A DNA stretch of 64,000 nucleotides from assembly GCF_009914755.1 (NCBI RefSeq), contig NC_060932.1; one strand, written 5' to 3'. This document shows positions 1 through 13,050 of the stretch, in pieces (the stretch's first letter is position 1; each line of letters starts with the position of its first letter). The translations under genes and the position numbers were made by a program. The DNA is from the human T2T-CHM13v2.0 reference genome, Homo sapiens. Below the pieces are notes generated by a model. It was not told the origin of the DNA. It saw only the letters and a program-made list of their open reading frames with translations, and searched no databases.

Positions 1-313
<313 letters not shown>

Positions 314-330
<17 letters not shown>

Positions 331-384
331 TTCCACAGGTCACTGGAGTAACTAACGGGTTCTGGAGTAACTAACGGGTTCCAC
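314..384. repeat. Triplicated 20-mer ctggagtaactaacgggttc
   Basis: Identical copies start at 314, 343 and 362. Confidence 0.95.
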
Positions 385-3300
385 TTGTCAAATTGTGATT
401 TGACAAGTATTGTACAGTTTTGTGTTTGTTTGCACTTTGTGGATGGTTATATAGAGACTATTCAATGAATGTAATCACCTTAGAAGCTTTATTCACAGAG
501 GCTCCAGCCAAAGCATTCTGGCAGTGGGGTTATCTGATAATATCGGTGCTGCCACATACTACCCATTGTGGAGAAGCACAGATTTCTGAAGCTGGCAATC
601 ACTCAGAAGCAGGGTGGCTCCCTAATCAATGCCCCTTTCCAACAACTATTTACTATCCAAGTCAAGACACAGTGCAGACACCTGTTTCACTTTGTTCTAC
701 TTCACAGTCAGTGTATGACCTAAGAATCTGAAAGCACTTGGCTATCCTGTGCCTCACACACAACTAGGATGAGTCCATGGAATGAACTAAGCAAGTTCAA
801 GCCTGGTTTCCTAAATCAAGGTTGGGCTGGAACACCCTGGAGAAGGAGGATGGAGGCCTCATTCTTGTGGAGCCTCCTGTTTTACTCTCAGGCGCTTTAG
901 CAGTGAAGCCTCTCCTCTTGATATGCAGATTTCTTTATACTCTGATGACTATCAAATACTGTGTCTCATGAAACTGACTCATTTCTCAAATACTGAGTAC
1001 CTCCTACTCTCATAGGAATGATTCCATCCAGCCTCCTCAGTATGGGCCTTATTTATACATGCTCTGACAATATTGCTGATTTCTTTTTTTAATGAGTTTA
1101 AATAGATATCTCCAGATGAAGCACTTGCCTTAGTAATACATATGCCGATGAGCCTCCTACATACCTTATAATTTGTGCAGTTTTCCATGTGTGGGCATCT
1201 GAAATTAAAGCATTCTGCCTGTTCTTTTCTTGAAATCACCTTCATTAACTTAAAATCTCTATGGCCTCTTCACCCAACATTCATCAAAATGATATGATTA
1301 TAGAATATACTTTAATTGACACATTTGCCTGTCAAGATGTTTCTATGGCTACTCTTACCTGCTTTCTCTTCTGCTAGTTGCACCCATGCTAGGCCTCCCT
1401 CCACCTTGCTGCCCTGTGTGTCTGATCACATGCAAAGCCCCTTGCTTTTCACCTTCATGATGCTTTCCTAGAATGTTCCTTCCTGATCCCCCTGTGAAAA
1501 ACTGTTCAACTAAGGTAGTCTACCACAGTCATTTTTATTATCTATACCATTTGGAAAATAAATGTGCCTTCTAGACACTGCATCTGTGAAATCCAGTCCA
1601 GTGGATCTGTACCTACTTTAGATATATCTTGCAGGGACAGAGATAGCTTGGAGTTAGAGAAGGTTGTGGTGCCCGAGAACCCATCTTTAGAAAAAATAGG
1701 TCTCATTAACCAGTTTTATTAGCGATTTGGTTGTAATGAAATAAACACAGGCTTGAAGTGAAGAAAGTCCGTCTAAACTATGGCCAAATTAAAGTCACTG
1801 GATAATGAAAACTTTTAAAATTTAGAAATAAATCTTATTCTTTATTCATTTGGTTTCTCAGACTTCAAGCAATTCTAGACAAAACACTTCTCAGGTTTAA
1901 ATAGTCAAAGAGGTAGTGGTTAATGTACTTTTTTGAATGGTTCACTGGACCATAAGACTGAACACATAAAATAACTATGGCCCAAGTTATTTTATTAGAA
2001 CAAGTTATTAGATCAAGTTTATTAGATCAAGTTATGATCTAATCCATAACTTGAATAAAATTGTTGTTCCTGTATTTTTTTATGTCCTTGAGTAATTAAC
2101 ACATACGTGTACTTGTCACAGAAAACCACGGTGGTGCATTCTTCAAGTATGGATAGCTCTCTTGTAAGTGTGATATCAAACCACATGTTGTTAAGTAACC
2201 AAATCATCTACTTGGTGGCGGAGGCTATCTTTTGAGGAAGTGAGCATTTCACAGATTATTAGACTGCTTCTCAGTCTGGAGAGAACTGGTATAGAAAAGT
2301 GAACGGGAGCCAAATCAATAAAGAGGGTTCGACTTTGATTGAACAAAAATGTCTGCTCTCCACTCATGAGTTTCCATTTCAGACAAATGGGAGCCTGAGA
2401 TCAATTCAAGCAAAAGTGAGATTGAAAAGGAAGTCAGTGGCTGGAAAGGTGGGGAAATATGAGAGGGATTTGAGAGAACGAATGTATGAACAGATCAATG
2501 GCTACTAAAAAGGCGCTTTGAAGTGAAATTTATCAGAGATATTGGGTGAGGTAACATGAATCCATAAGCAGGTATAAGGGGCTTCTTGACAGGATACCTC
2601 AGGCAAGAACATCCCTCCTGGCATGGCTGTTTTGGCGTTACCCTCAGAGGCTAGTCTCTGGTGGGCCATTTCTGGTTCGTTAAAAAGCCATTCTCTTCAT
2701 AACTCAATTGCTTCAAATTCTAACCAGGAAACCATTTGGACCATCAACAGTGCTGTTATTTTGATTAAATATGGAAAAATAATCATCCCTGCCTTCAGTT
2801 AGTAATATCATATCCAAGGTTTGAGTTTCTCCCCTCTTAAATAAGTTCGTTCAAGATTGGCGACCAAAGTGTCATAACTTTACCCCTGGGGAAGACAATC
2901 ATCACTATTCCTAATTTAAACTGGTGAGATTTTACACATTTGTAATTCTTATTCCACTAATCTCCACAGAAATTGGAAAGAGATTCCACTGTGGCATCCA
3001 AGAAATCTGAATGCATGTAAATTCTATTGAATTTGTGGATTAAAAAAAAGTGTGATGGAACCTTGATGTCACAAACAGTGAGATACATTCTTAGGTCACT
3101 TCAGCCAGAAACCAACAAGGAAGGGATTAAGTTGAAGCTGTACTTGATTCTCATTTTTGTCTAACCTTGAAACTATAATATCTGATTAACAACTTTCAAG
3201 TAATCAGGTTAATTGAAACGGATTCAGGTTGGGGCTTCAAAATTATTTGTTTACAAAAGTAGAATGAAAGAAAGAAAAAAATCTGTTATCCTCTAATAAT

Positions 3301-3679
3301 TATCATAATTGGACAATTGTTAGCATTTGAGATTGATAAGTAAATTTAGATATAAATAAACAAAATATAATCATAGGATGTAGTCACTGGAAGGGCTATG
3401 ACTTTTCATTTAGGAGGAGCGTGAGGTTCTCCTAAACCTCATGCTCAGGTGAGGTTAGGAAGTGCATCTGCAGAAAATGAATCAGGTCCTCTCCTCTCCC
3501 ATCCAAAGCACTCTCCCCTGTCATGCTATTGACTATTGCAAGCAGGAAAGCCTTTCTGTTAATATGGCCATCAGAAAAAAAAAAAAGTCATTTGAAGCTT
3601 ATTTATGCTGTGTTCAGATGCTTCTCCCTCAAAGAAAATGATTCCCTTTGAGTCAAAGAAGAAGATACTTAAATTTCAC

Positions 3680-3830
3680 TGCTGAGTAGCTTGCTGATTT
3701 ACTTAAAAATTTTATCCTTAACTTCCTCATAGGAAAAAGGAATATCTTCCTTACAGAGTTCTGTGAGGACTCAGTCAGATGTTTATGGAGCATATACCAC
3801 AGTGCTTGGCTCATAGCCTATCCTCAATGC
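3680..3830 (+). mobile_element. MIR fragment
   Basis: acttcctcat..aaaaagg..ccttacagagttctgtgagga..acagtgcttggctcatag. Confidence 0.6.
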
Positions 3831-4723
3831 ACACATGTCCTCCCCAAAAGTAGTCTGCTTAAAGGGCAAATGCTTCCTATCAGCTATAGCATGTTTTCAG
3901 AGAGAGAAAATATCCCATTTAATAGACTATTGACAAATGTATAAACCCAGGCCTTAAACTACTGGGATGAGAAAAAACAATTTATTTGGATAAAAATATT
4001 AGGTCATCCTAGAAGACTGGCCTTAATTGTGCTATACTTTCCTCTTGATTAAGATTTCATTGTTGAATTTTAAGTTTGTTTGACTTCTAGGAATAAGACA
4101 GTTTGGCATAAACATTGTTTTTATAACGTGAGAAATCCTGCCAGGCACACAGACATGGGCTCCGAATTTTTTAAAGCCATTCCAGCAAATTTTTCATCTG
4201 CAAAAGCAGACCTGAAATTCTCCAGCCTACTATCTTAGCTCTAGAACTCATGAATTAATGGATTCAGGTTGGATACAAATAGGATTTCTTGTACTGTTTA
4301 CAGGCATCCAATCATTGTTTCTCCGGTTGACTTTATTAGTGGATACACTATCGATATCAATCCTACTGGTGACTTTAATACACATTCTAGGAGATGATAT
4401 TACACAGAAAAGCAAATGAACTTCAAACATTTTGAAGAACACATAGAGTTTATGACTATAGATTGTGCTTTGCTATTTTTAGCATGTCCCAATGGCTATT
4501 GCTTTTTAAGTGAACACCAACACTTAACTGTTGGACATATCTAAGGCTATGATTCTGTGTCAAGATAAGATTAATGAATTGACCCCGGAGACAAAAAGAT
4601 TTTGCATAAGTTCCCGGGGTTCGTGGTGCCTACTATCTATGCTCCAGTGCTTCCTTGATGGGTTGTCCAATCAATGATCTTGCCTCAGATTATCTACCCA
4701 CTACCAATGAGAAAATAAAATTA

Positions 4724-4880
4724 GAGATTTAAAGTTGGAAGGGATCATGATGTTCTCAGGGACTCATTCATCACTGGAAAGTTGGGGAAACTGAGGCAAA
4801 GGAGAAGCAAATGTTTTGCCTGAGGTTGCACAGCTTGTAAAGACAGACTGAATTGCATTCCAATGCTCATTCCCCCAGGG
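4724..4880 (-). mobile_element. MIR/MIR3 fragment
   Basis: ggggaaactgaggcaaaggagaagcaaatgttttgcctgaggttgcacagct matches the MIR core in antisense. Confidence 0.6.
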
Positions 4881-6072
4881 CTACTTGCACATGAGTAACT
4901 GACCTGCTTCTGCTTTTGGGTCTTCCCAGTCCATTGGGTGGGTTCTTCTTTCTTCGGCATTATTCAAAATTAAACCATGAGTTCATTTGTTACTCTACCC
5001 ACTTCCTTTGTGATCTCTTCCACTCCCTTAGTTTCAAAGATTTTCTCAGTGCAAACATTCCCCCAAATGCTCTTGTTTCTGGCCTGAACTCTACTAAACA
5101 TCTTTCAGTCAGACATACCACTAGAGCCCTATACACTCTGACTGTTACATATTTATCATCATTTCCATGACGACTGGCACAATTATAACCTCTACAGCTT
5201 TGCTCTGTGCCTTTACTCTGGTAAATTTTTCTCCACATCACACTTGTTGAAGTTTTACCTAGACCCTGTCCAGGTAAAATCTTACTTTTTCCAGAAAGAC
5301 TTCTCAGGGGTTCTTGCTTCTAGCATCCCTTCCTGCACCCCATGCTTGAGTAGCCTATGCTGCTGTTATAACAGCTTCCTTCTGTATTAAATCTGTGGTG
5401 CAGAGACTTTGAATGGAAAATGGCTAAGCTTCTGTGCTAGCTTGGCATCAGGTACAAACACAAGCATTTAGTTGAGTGAGATATTTACTCTGGATTATAT
5501 ATAATCATAGGAAAATTGATTTCTCAAAGTTATATAAAACTTAGGAAGAAAACAATGTGAGTAACCAAAGTCCATTCAAGCCTAAAATATTCTTTGGAAA
5601 ATACCCTCTGACAGTTTATTATTTGCTTAAAAACAAATTAATATAATTGCATTGCTTATAAAATGTAACCTTACTTGACCGCTAATGTTGACCTAGTTCT
5701 TTTTTCTGTTTACTTTGTTTTGAATTTACTGATAATATGAACCTTGGAAAATCCATCAATACAAAGAGTTTCTGTTTCTATTGATTTGTCAGAGAGGTGT
5801 TCTGATAAATTCTCATTGTAATCAAAATAACTTTTAAAGGACGATGGTTTCTTGATGCATTTTAAAAGTTATACTATGATAAGTATCTTAAATCAATTTG
5901 TGAACAGTCAAAATTGCTTCCTTTAAGAAATGTCAGAAATTAATAAATCTCAAGATTATTAGAGTTTGACATCAAATAAAGCCTTCTTATTTCTGCAAAA
6001 ATATGTTAGGTCCTAATGAATTACTTGTATTTTAGATAACTTTAAGGCATGAGAGTGTCCAGTCAATAACTC

Positions 6073-6554
6073 TAAAGAATCTGAATTTTTACCCTATTTG
6101 CAAGCTAACAAGTTAGTCTACCAATTTTATAAATGCTGGAAGATGACACAAGGTGACTCCTGCATCACAGACAAAACAAATATTACAGTAAAAGCAATAG
6201 ATAAAGTGTCAGTATTTTTTACCAGTTTCCTAGCTGTGAAAATGGCCAACTGATACTCCCACCCAGTAGGATGTGTTATGGGAGAAGAACTCCAAGCTCA
6301 GGAAACCCAAACTTTCTATAATGGGGAATAGGCCTGCTTGAACTTTACACTAGAGAGACTTTAATCTTATACTAAATAGTAAATAAACATGCCCTTTGAC
6401 TGCAGGGAGGCACAATCTCTATATTCCAAGACTGTTCACCTCATAAATGTAATTTAAAAGATAATCTGGAACAAATGCAGTCAGTGTCTCTGCTTGGAAG
6501 ACATGCAGAAACACAAACAAACAAACAAAATCCATGGAGAGTTATCTCCCAACA
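6073..6554 (-). mobile_element. ERVL solo LTR, LTR40-like
   Basis: Reverse complement begins tgttgggagataactctccatgga...tttctgcatgtcttccaagcagagacactgactgc, matching the recalled LTR40 5' end. Confidence 0.65.
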
Positions 6555-7079
6555 GATAAATATGAAGATATCTAAAAATTGAAAGTAACTTTCTTAATTA
6601 GAGTCACTCACTTTGAGTTAAGAAATATAATTGTGTTGTGCGGATAAATACTTCAGTGAAGAGAAAAATTTTACATTATTTTGAGAAAAATAGTTCTTAT
6701 GAAGATAGACTTGCCATTTTTATCATTTAGCTGACAAAGAGGAATGCTCAACGTGTTCTATTTCACATCGCAAACGGAAACTACTCATATCCTTAAATTC
6801 CAGCGCCAAGGAAACAAAATGAGTTGGAACAAACCTTATTGTTCTGTATCTTAGAGTACTCCTGCCCTGGGAGATGCAACGATTTCAAAGCATTCTGGAA
6901 TAGAAAATTTCACCTCCCCACCCACACTTCCATTCTACCTACTCTGCCTCCCCACCCACACTTCTCCATTCTCTACTCACAAGCCCCATCTTCTCTACAA
7001 ACACATACATGCTATCATAAATGTAATTGTTTTACCTTTTTTTGTGATATATCCAGATGTATCCCCTCAACAATATATA

Positions 7080-7270
7080 CAGATAATTTGTCAATAAATA
7101 TCGATTCACCAGATACCTCTTTATAACTACATGGTACTTTGTCATATAGATGCATTTAATATTTAATCAAACTCCTGTTGATTGAAGTTGAATATGTTTC
7201 TATTCTTGTTATTATAACAAGGCTCAGTGAGTATCCTTGAACATCTTTTAGCCGTTTTCTATAATTTCTT
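7080..7270 (-). mobile_element. Old L1M(E) 3' fragment
   Basis: atttaatcaaactcctgttgattgaagttg..tttctattcttgttattataacaaggctcagtgagtatccttgaaca. Confidence 0.5.
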
Positions 7271-7361
7271 TACAACTTAACGGTGACATTTAAATTCAAC
7301 CATAAACATAAATTATTGTGGGTAGCAATACTTATATATACATGTTAAATGAGTCAAAACA

Positions 7362-7705
7362 GGCCAGGCATAGTGACTCACTCTTGTAATTCTAGCACTT
7401 TGGGAGGCCGAGGCAGGAGGATTGCTTGAGCCCAGGAGTTTGAGACCAGCCTGGAGCTTGAGCCCAGGAGTTTGAGACCCTGCCTCTAGCAACAACAAAC
7501 TTTTTCTTAATTAGCTGGACGTGGTGGTGTGTGTCTGTGGTCCCAGCTACTTGTAGGGCTGGGGAGTGAAGGGGAAGGGTTAGGTGGAGGTTCCCTTAAG
7601 GCCAGGAGGTCAGGGCTATAGTGAGCCATGAAGGTGCCTGTGCACTCACTCACAGATTGAGATCCTGTCTCAAAATATGAAATAAAATGAAATAAAATAA
7701 AGCAA
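7362..7705 (+). mobile_element. AluJ with internal duplication; 16-bp TSD
   Basis: ggaggattgcttgagcccaggagtttgagacc (J-type); TSD taaatgagtcaaa(a/g)ca at 7346-7361 and 7706-7721. Confidence 0.93.
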
Positions 7706-8002
7706 TAAATGAGTCAAAGCAATTTTTTTCAATACAGTTTAATATTATTTTCTCATGATAAATATGCAATGCTTTGTTTTGCATGTGTAGGGTTTTGATT
7801 AACTTTATCCTGAGATGATTTCTTTTCCAATAGATTTTTTTTCCTCAAGAGAGAATATAATTGAAAAAGAAAGTTGAGCCACATTTACCACGTCTAATCT
7901 CTCATCTGGAACTTTAAAAGTCAGATTGTAACTGCTTAAATCACTTTTTTGCACTGGATTAAAAATAAAAACAAATTAAGGATCAATGCCGATACCTATG
8001 TA

Positions 8003-8049
8003 ATAAAATCTTTCCTCTTTATAAAATCTTTCCTCTTTATAAAATCTTT
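8003..8049. repeat. 18-bp tandem repeat (ataaaatctttcctcttt) x2.6
   Basis: Directly visible perfect copies. Confidence 0.9.
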
Positions 8050-10729
8050 AGCTTAGAACTTTCCTTGCCCATACTGGTTAAATTAATAATTCTTATAAAC
8101 CACAGAAACTTGATTCAAAGTTATATTTCATTAACAAACAAAACTTTGCAGAAAAAGGACTATTGACCAATATTACTCGGTGTCAGTAATTTAGAGAAGA
8201 ATTAAAGACATAATTAACACCTATGAAGAATTTTGCCTTTTTTGTACCTATAAAACAACAGCAACAAAAAAAAAGGCCTCGATAATTAGTTCACTGAAAA
8301 GTCAGGCATTTAAATTACCTACTATAGTTGCTAAGAAGGTACAGAATTTGATTCTTACCTATACTTACTCTGAGAAAGAACACTCTATCACATTACTAGT
8401 CATCAAAAATATAAATACTGTATTGCTTTACAGACTTGAAGCATTATTCCCATAGAATTGTCCAGGATATATAATATTATCTGGAAAAGTCACCAAGGGA
8501 ACAATATGTAAACTTTTTAGGGATATAAGCAGGTGGCAGATACCCTGAGGAGCCACGTTCCAGAAAGCCTTCTTATCCTGACTATGAAAATTGTGAGGCA
8601 GCTTTTCTTACCCTCCATGAGAGCCCTAGGCACTAAGTCAGCTTCCGGATCTGCAGCTTGGTTAGTGGAGAGACGACCAGAGCTACTGCTGATACACTTG
8701 CTTCTGAGGACAGCTCGCTCAGTGGAGCAACTCAGAAGGGTGTTCTGCAAAACCTTACAGAGCTGTTTTTGTACAGTAAAAAATATTTTTATATGTTGAA
8801 CTGTAGTCTATGATGTGCTTTGTGGGGTTTTCTGTTGTTAAATTATATCTATTTGAGTATGATTGTGAGTTGTTAAATATTGTTGGTATATGAACTAAGA
8901 TGCCCATGAGAAGTTGGGAGTCCCTGATAAAAATATGAAATGTTTAGACAAAAGGCAGAAAAATTGTAAAAAAACATTTCCAGTCTCTTCACTATGCCAG
9001 TGAGTCAGCTGTCCCTGTTTTGTGTTAACCCATTCACATGCCCTGCGGGTAGTAGTGGGCGGCCAGCCTTGCTGCCAGGCTTCCTTGGGTGCCGTTTTCC
9101 TCAGCCTCCCCAATTATGTGATGGAAGCCTCATCTCTTTCAGTGAACAAAATGCCTGTAAGAATGCGCCCACATTACCAGTGCCATCTAAGTGATACAAT
9201 CACTCTAAAATCAGATATTATATTTAATTACTTATAACTCAATTTAATAAATAATTTAAGTAAATAGTGTATACAAGTGAATGCCTAAAAAACAAAGGTT
9301 TTTTTAAAAAATAAACTGAGCCTGGCTTATCCTTCCCACCTGCAAGAGTTATCTTGGGTTTCTCCTATGACATGCATTCTCTTACCCATTCCTTCCCTTT
9401 CATGCTCTCCCTTCTGTTTCTAACCCTAAATCAGAGTCTAGAAAGTCTGTTTCCACCAAAAATCTCTTCCAAACTTTCTCCCTCCTCATTCTTTAATGGG
9501 CTATTCCCCAAATACTCATCACTCTCATTACACAAACACATTTGCTTCATGATTAGTTCATATGGAAAAGACGCACTTTGCAGTCTATTCCAGAATCTAA
9601 CCCACTTCTCCTTTATTGCCTGGTTAGAACACCATTGAGATAGTGTTAAATCCACTTGTTACCTTGTCAGGGGACTTATACAAAGAAGCCACCTGTGCAA
9701 CATTTTCTCCACAATTAAATTCATTTCTTTATCCAGCATGAAATATTTCCATTATACCCAACCAAGACACCCAAGAGGCCTTTAAAGTCGTTTTTAAAAA
9801 GTCTACTTTGAAAAACATTGGTCTGGGAAGCTTTATGGTCCTTTTACACTTTACCAGTCAGAAATTTTGGCAGATTTCCCATTAACTTATGGAGCCCAAG
9901 GCAAGTAAAGTATTGGTGTTGCCTTGACCTAATTACTGCAGGATTTCAATTTGTGCCCAATAAAACTGAATAGTATTAAAGCCTGGATTTCAGCTGCACT
10001 AGTGTTGTAGTAAAATGGCATTTACCAGAAGTCTGCCAACCCTCCCAGAGGGGAGTGTGAGAAATCACATGTGAACGAAACTCTGTTTCTAGGTGGGATT
10101 ATACATGGTACCTGTGTTTTCATTGTGAAAATGGAATTGGATAATGGCAACAGTCCTTGTAGAAAGTGTAGACCATAAAATTGAACTCTAATTTCAATTT
10201 TCAGGTAACGGAGGCAAAAGTAGATCCAATTTTTCTAGCTAAGCTTGAGTAGATTGAGTTAAGTCATTCCAGTGAAACAAATTTAGATCCTGTTTTAAAA
10301 AGATTTCCAGGGAACAAAATCCATTCTTCTTCCTCCCAGTGTGCTGGCACTACCTTACATAAACAATCAACCCAACTTCTGTTCATTCATTAAATTTCAA
10401 GTAACACATGCAAGATTTGGTGGCACATTTGTGACATCAAAATATGTCCACCAAAGTATGGTCCAGCATGACATTATAGGTGTTCAATAAGTGTTTCCAA
10501 AATAAATAAAATCTCAGATGCATTACTAGTGGATAGAATTTGTCTCTGGCTAGAGATAAATGTAGCCCAGTCTTTATCACACATAACTCCTTCAGCTAAC
10601 CCTTCTTTAGATAATCTTGTACAAGACTTCTGTGCTAAAAAGTTTTTATTTTCGTGTGTGGCTCTGATGAAGAGTTATTCTTCCTTCCTTTTCTCAAATC
10701 TCCTATAGGTCTGCAACATTATTTATTAA

Positions 10730-11060
10730 TTTAAACAGTAAATGTTTACCATATGCATATGATGTGCTGGATTATGGAGATAAATAATGAACAATATTGA
10801 AATTATTTCTGCACTCAAGCAGCATATAGTCCATACAATAACAATTGCCAATGACCGAGCCCCTGTTAGGCACGACATTGAGTGCCATGTTTGCACGTGT
10901 TACTCCAGGCACTTATGAAAGCTGTGGGTCATTATCCCCATTTTATAGATAGAAAAACTGAGCTTAAATCACCTTCTTAAGATTTTGCAGCAATTAAATG
11001 TCAAAGCCTCATTTTGAGTCCTCTTCTGTCTGTCTCAATAGCTGCTCTTCAATACTGTGA
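10730..11060 (-). mobile_element. L2 plus MIR fragments
   Basis: gtaaatgtttacc..tgtgctggattatggagata..tgaacaa (L2 end); attatccccattttatagatagaaaaactgag (MIR core). Confidence 0.55.
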
Positions 11061-11674
11061 TCCAGATGAAACAGCATAACCACTCCATAAGAGCCACATT
11101 ACCTCCAGATTTAAGTAGGTCGTTACATCTCTGGAATCTTATGTCTGCGTTCTATTTTATAAAGCAAAAGTCACTGTACTTTTACAAAGTAGGCTTTAGT
11201 TCTTCACAGTTCCTTTCTTAAATTAGTGTTTCCCCTCTGCCATTGGACCCAAAGAAAAAAGGGAGGAGGACAAAAAACTGCCATTAGAAGAAAACATTTC
11301 ATGGGTAAACATCTTCTCTTTGCACTAAATTAAAATGTGAACTTATGATACAGCTCTAACTAAAATACTATTATTTTAATATTGTTATATTTTTGCCATT
11401 GGAATTTGCAGGAAGTTTGATATCTCATACTTCTAGACAAAGAAATAGACATAATACAGAGTAAGAATTTTCTAAAGTAAATATTTTGAAAGCAAATAAT
11501 ATTCAACAGACTTCAGATTTAATTTTGAATATATCTTCCCATTATCAAACACCACTTTCTTCAATATTTAGCAAGATTTTTTCTCATTTAGTTCAGGAAT
11601 ATAGTCTCTCATCTGTCACATGAATATATATTTTTCCTCAAACTTGTTTCTCCCCAAATGATAAGATTATTTTG

Positions 11675-12349
11675 TTGATGAGAGTTGTTTTTTGAAAAGA
11701 TGAAAAAGTTCAATAAAACTTTAACCATACTGAGAAAAAAGGAGAGAAGACTCAAATAAATACAATCAGAGGTGAAAAAGGAGATACTATAACTGATACC
11801 TCAGAAATGCAAAGGGTCATAAGACACTATTAGGAACTATTATACACCAACAAATTGGACAACCTAGAGGAAAGAAATACATTCCTGGACATATACAACC
11901 TACCAACGTGGAATTATGAAGAATTACAAAATCCAAACAGATCAAGAACAAGTAATGCTATTGAATCCATAATAAAAAGTTTCCCATCAAAGAAAGCCCA
12001 GGACCAGATGACATCACTGCTGAATTCTCCCAAATATTTAAAGAACTAATACCAATTTTACTCAAAGTATTTCAAAAAATGCAAAAGGAGAGAATACAGT
12101 ACTTTCAAACTTATTCTATGAGGCCAGCATTACCTTGTTACCAAAACCAGACAAGAACACAAGAAAATGAAATATAGCCCGATATCTCTGATGAACATAG
12201 ATGTGAAAATCCTCAGCAAAATTCTAGCATACCAAATTCAACAACACATTAAGCAGATTGTTCACCCTGATCAAGTGGGACCTATCCCAGGAATGCAAAG
12301 ATGGTTAAACATACAAAAATCAATAAACACAATATATCACATTAACAGG
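11675..12349 (+). mobile_element. Old L1 (L1M-type) internal ORF2 fragment
   Basis: ORFs 11855-12049 and 12167-12364 encode L1 ORF2 motifs (LDIYNLP; [37 protein letters not shown]). Confidence 0.92.
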
Positions 12350-12467
12350 GTGATGTTATTTTAGATTATTATTTCCTGGACAGTCCATGGTTTCCTTGGT
12401 AGTGACAATGTATCTTATGGAATTAACAAGGCATACATTCTGCTGATGATTAAGTAATGATGATGAT

Positions 12468-12915
12468 TATGATGATTAATTGTATGTATCAATTTGATTG
12501 GGCCATTAGGTGTCCAGCTATTTGGTTCAGCGTTATTCTGGGTGTTTTTGTGAGGTTGCTTTTTGGGTGATATTAGCATTCAAGTCAATAGACTGGGAAA
12601 AGCAGATTGCCCTCCCTAATGTGTGTGGGCCTCATCCAATCAGTTAAAAGCCTAAATCAAACAAAAAGGCTGCCCCTCTCCTGAGTAAGAGATAATTCCT
12701 CTGTCTTATTGTCTTCAAACTGGGACATCTTTTTATCTTGCCTTCACATTCAAACTGAAACATAGGCCCTTTCTTTGTCTTGAGCCTGCTGGCCCTCTAA
12801 TGGGAACTGTACTCTGAGCTCTCCTGGTGTCCAGCTTGCCAACTCACCCTGCAGATCTTGGACTTGTCAGCCTCCATAATCACATAAGCTAATTCCTTAT
12901 AATAAACTTCTTCAT
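12468..12915 (+). mobile_element. MLT2 (ERVL) LTR
   Basis: gattaattgtatgtatcaatttgattgggcc..aagcagattgccctccctaatgtg..ggacttgtcagcctccataatcac..aataaa. Confidence 0.85.
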
Positions 12916-13050
12916 ATATTTATTTATGAATATGAATATATAATATATAAGAATATTAAAAATAATTATAATGTTAATATAGTTATATAATATACATATC
13001 ATATTTATTATATATAATATAATTATATATAAGAAGACAAAATATAATAA
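12915..13050. repeat. AT-rich low-complexity tract
   Basis: Degenerate (TA/TAA)n. Confidence 0.8.

Noticed and set aside
2122-2163. Possible 42-nt plus-strand exon (cacag|...|gtaagt)
   Set aside because: Weak polypyrimidine tract and unrecognised peptide.
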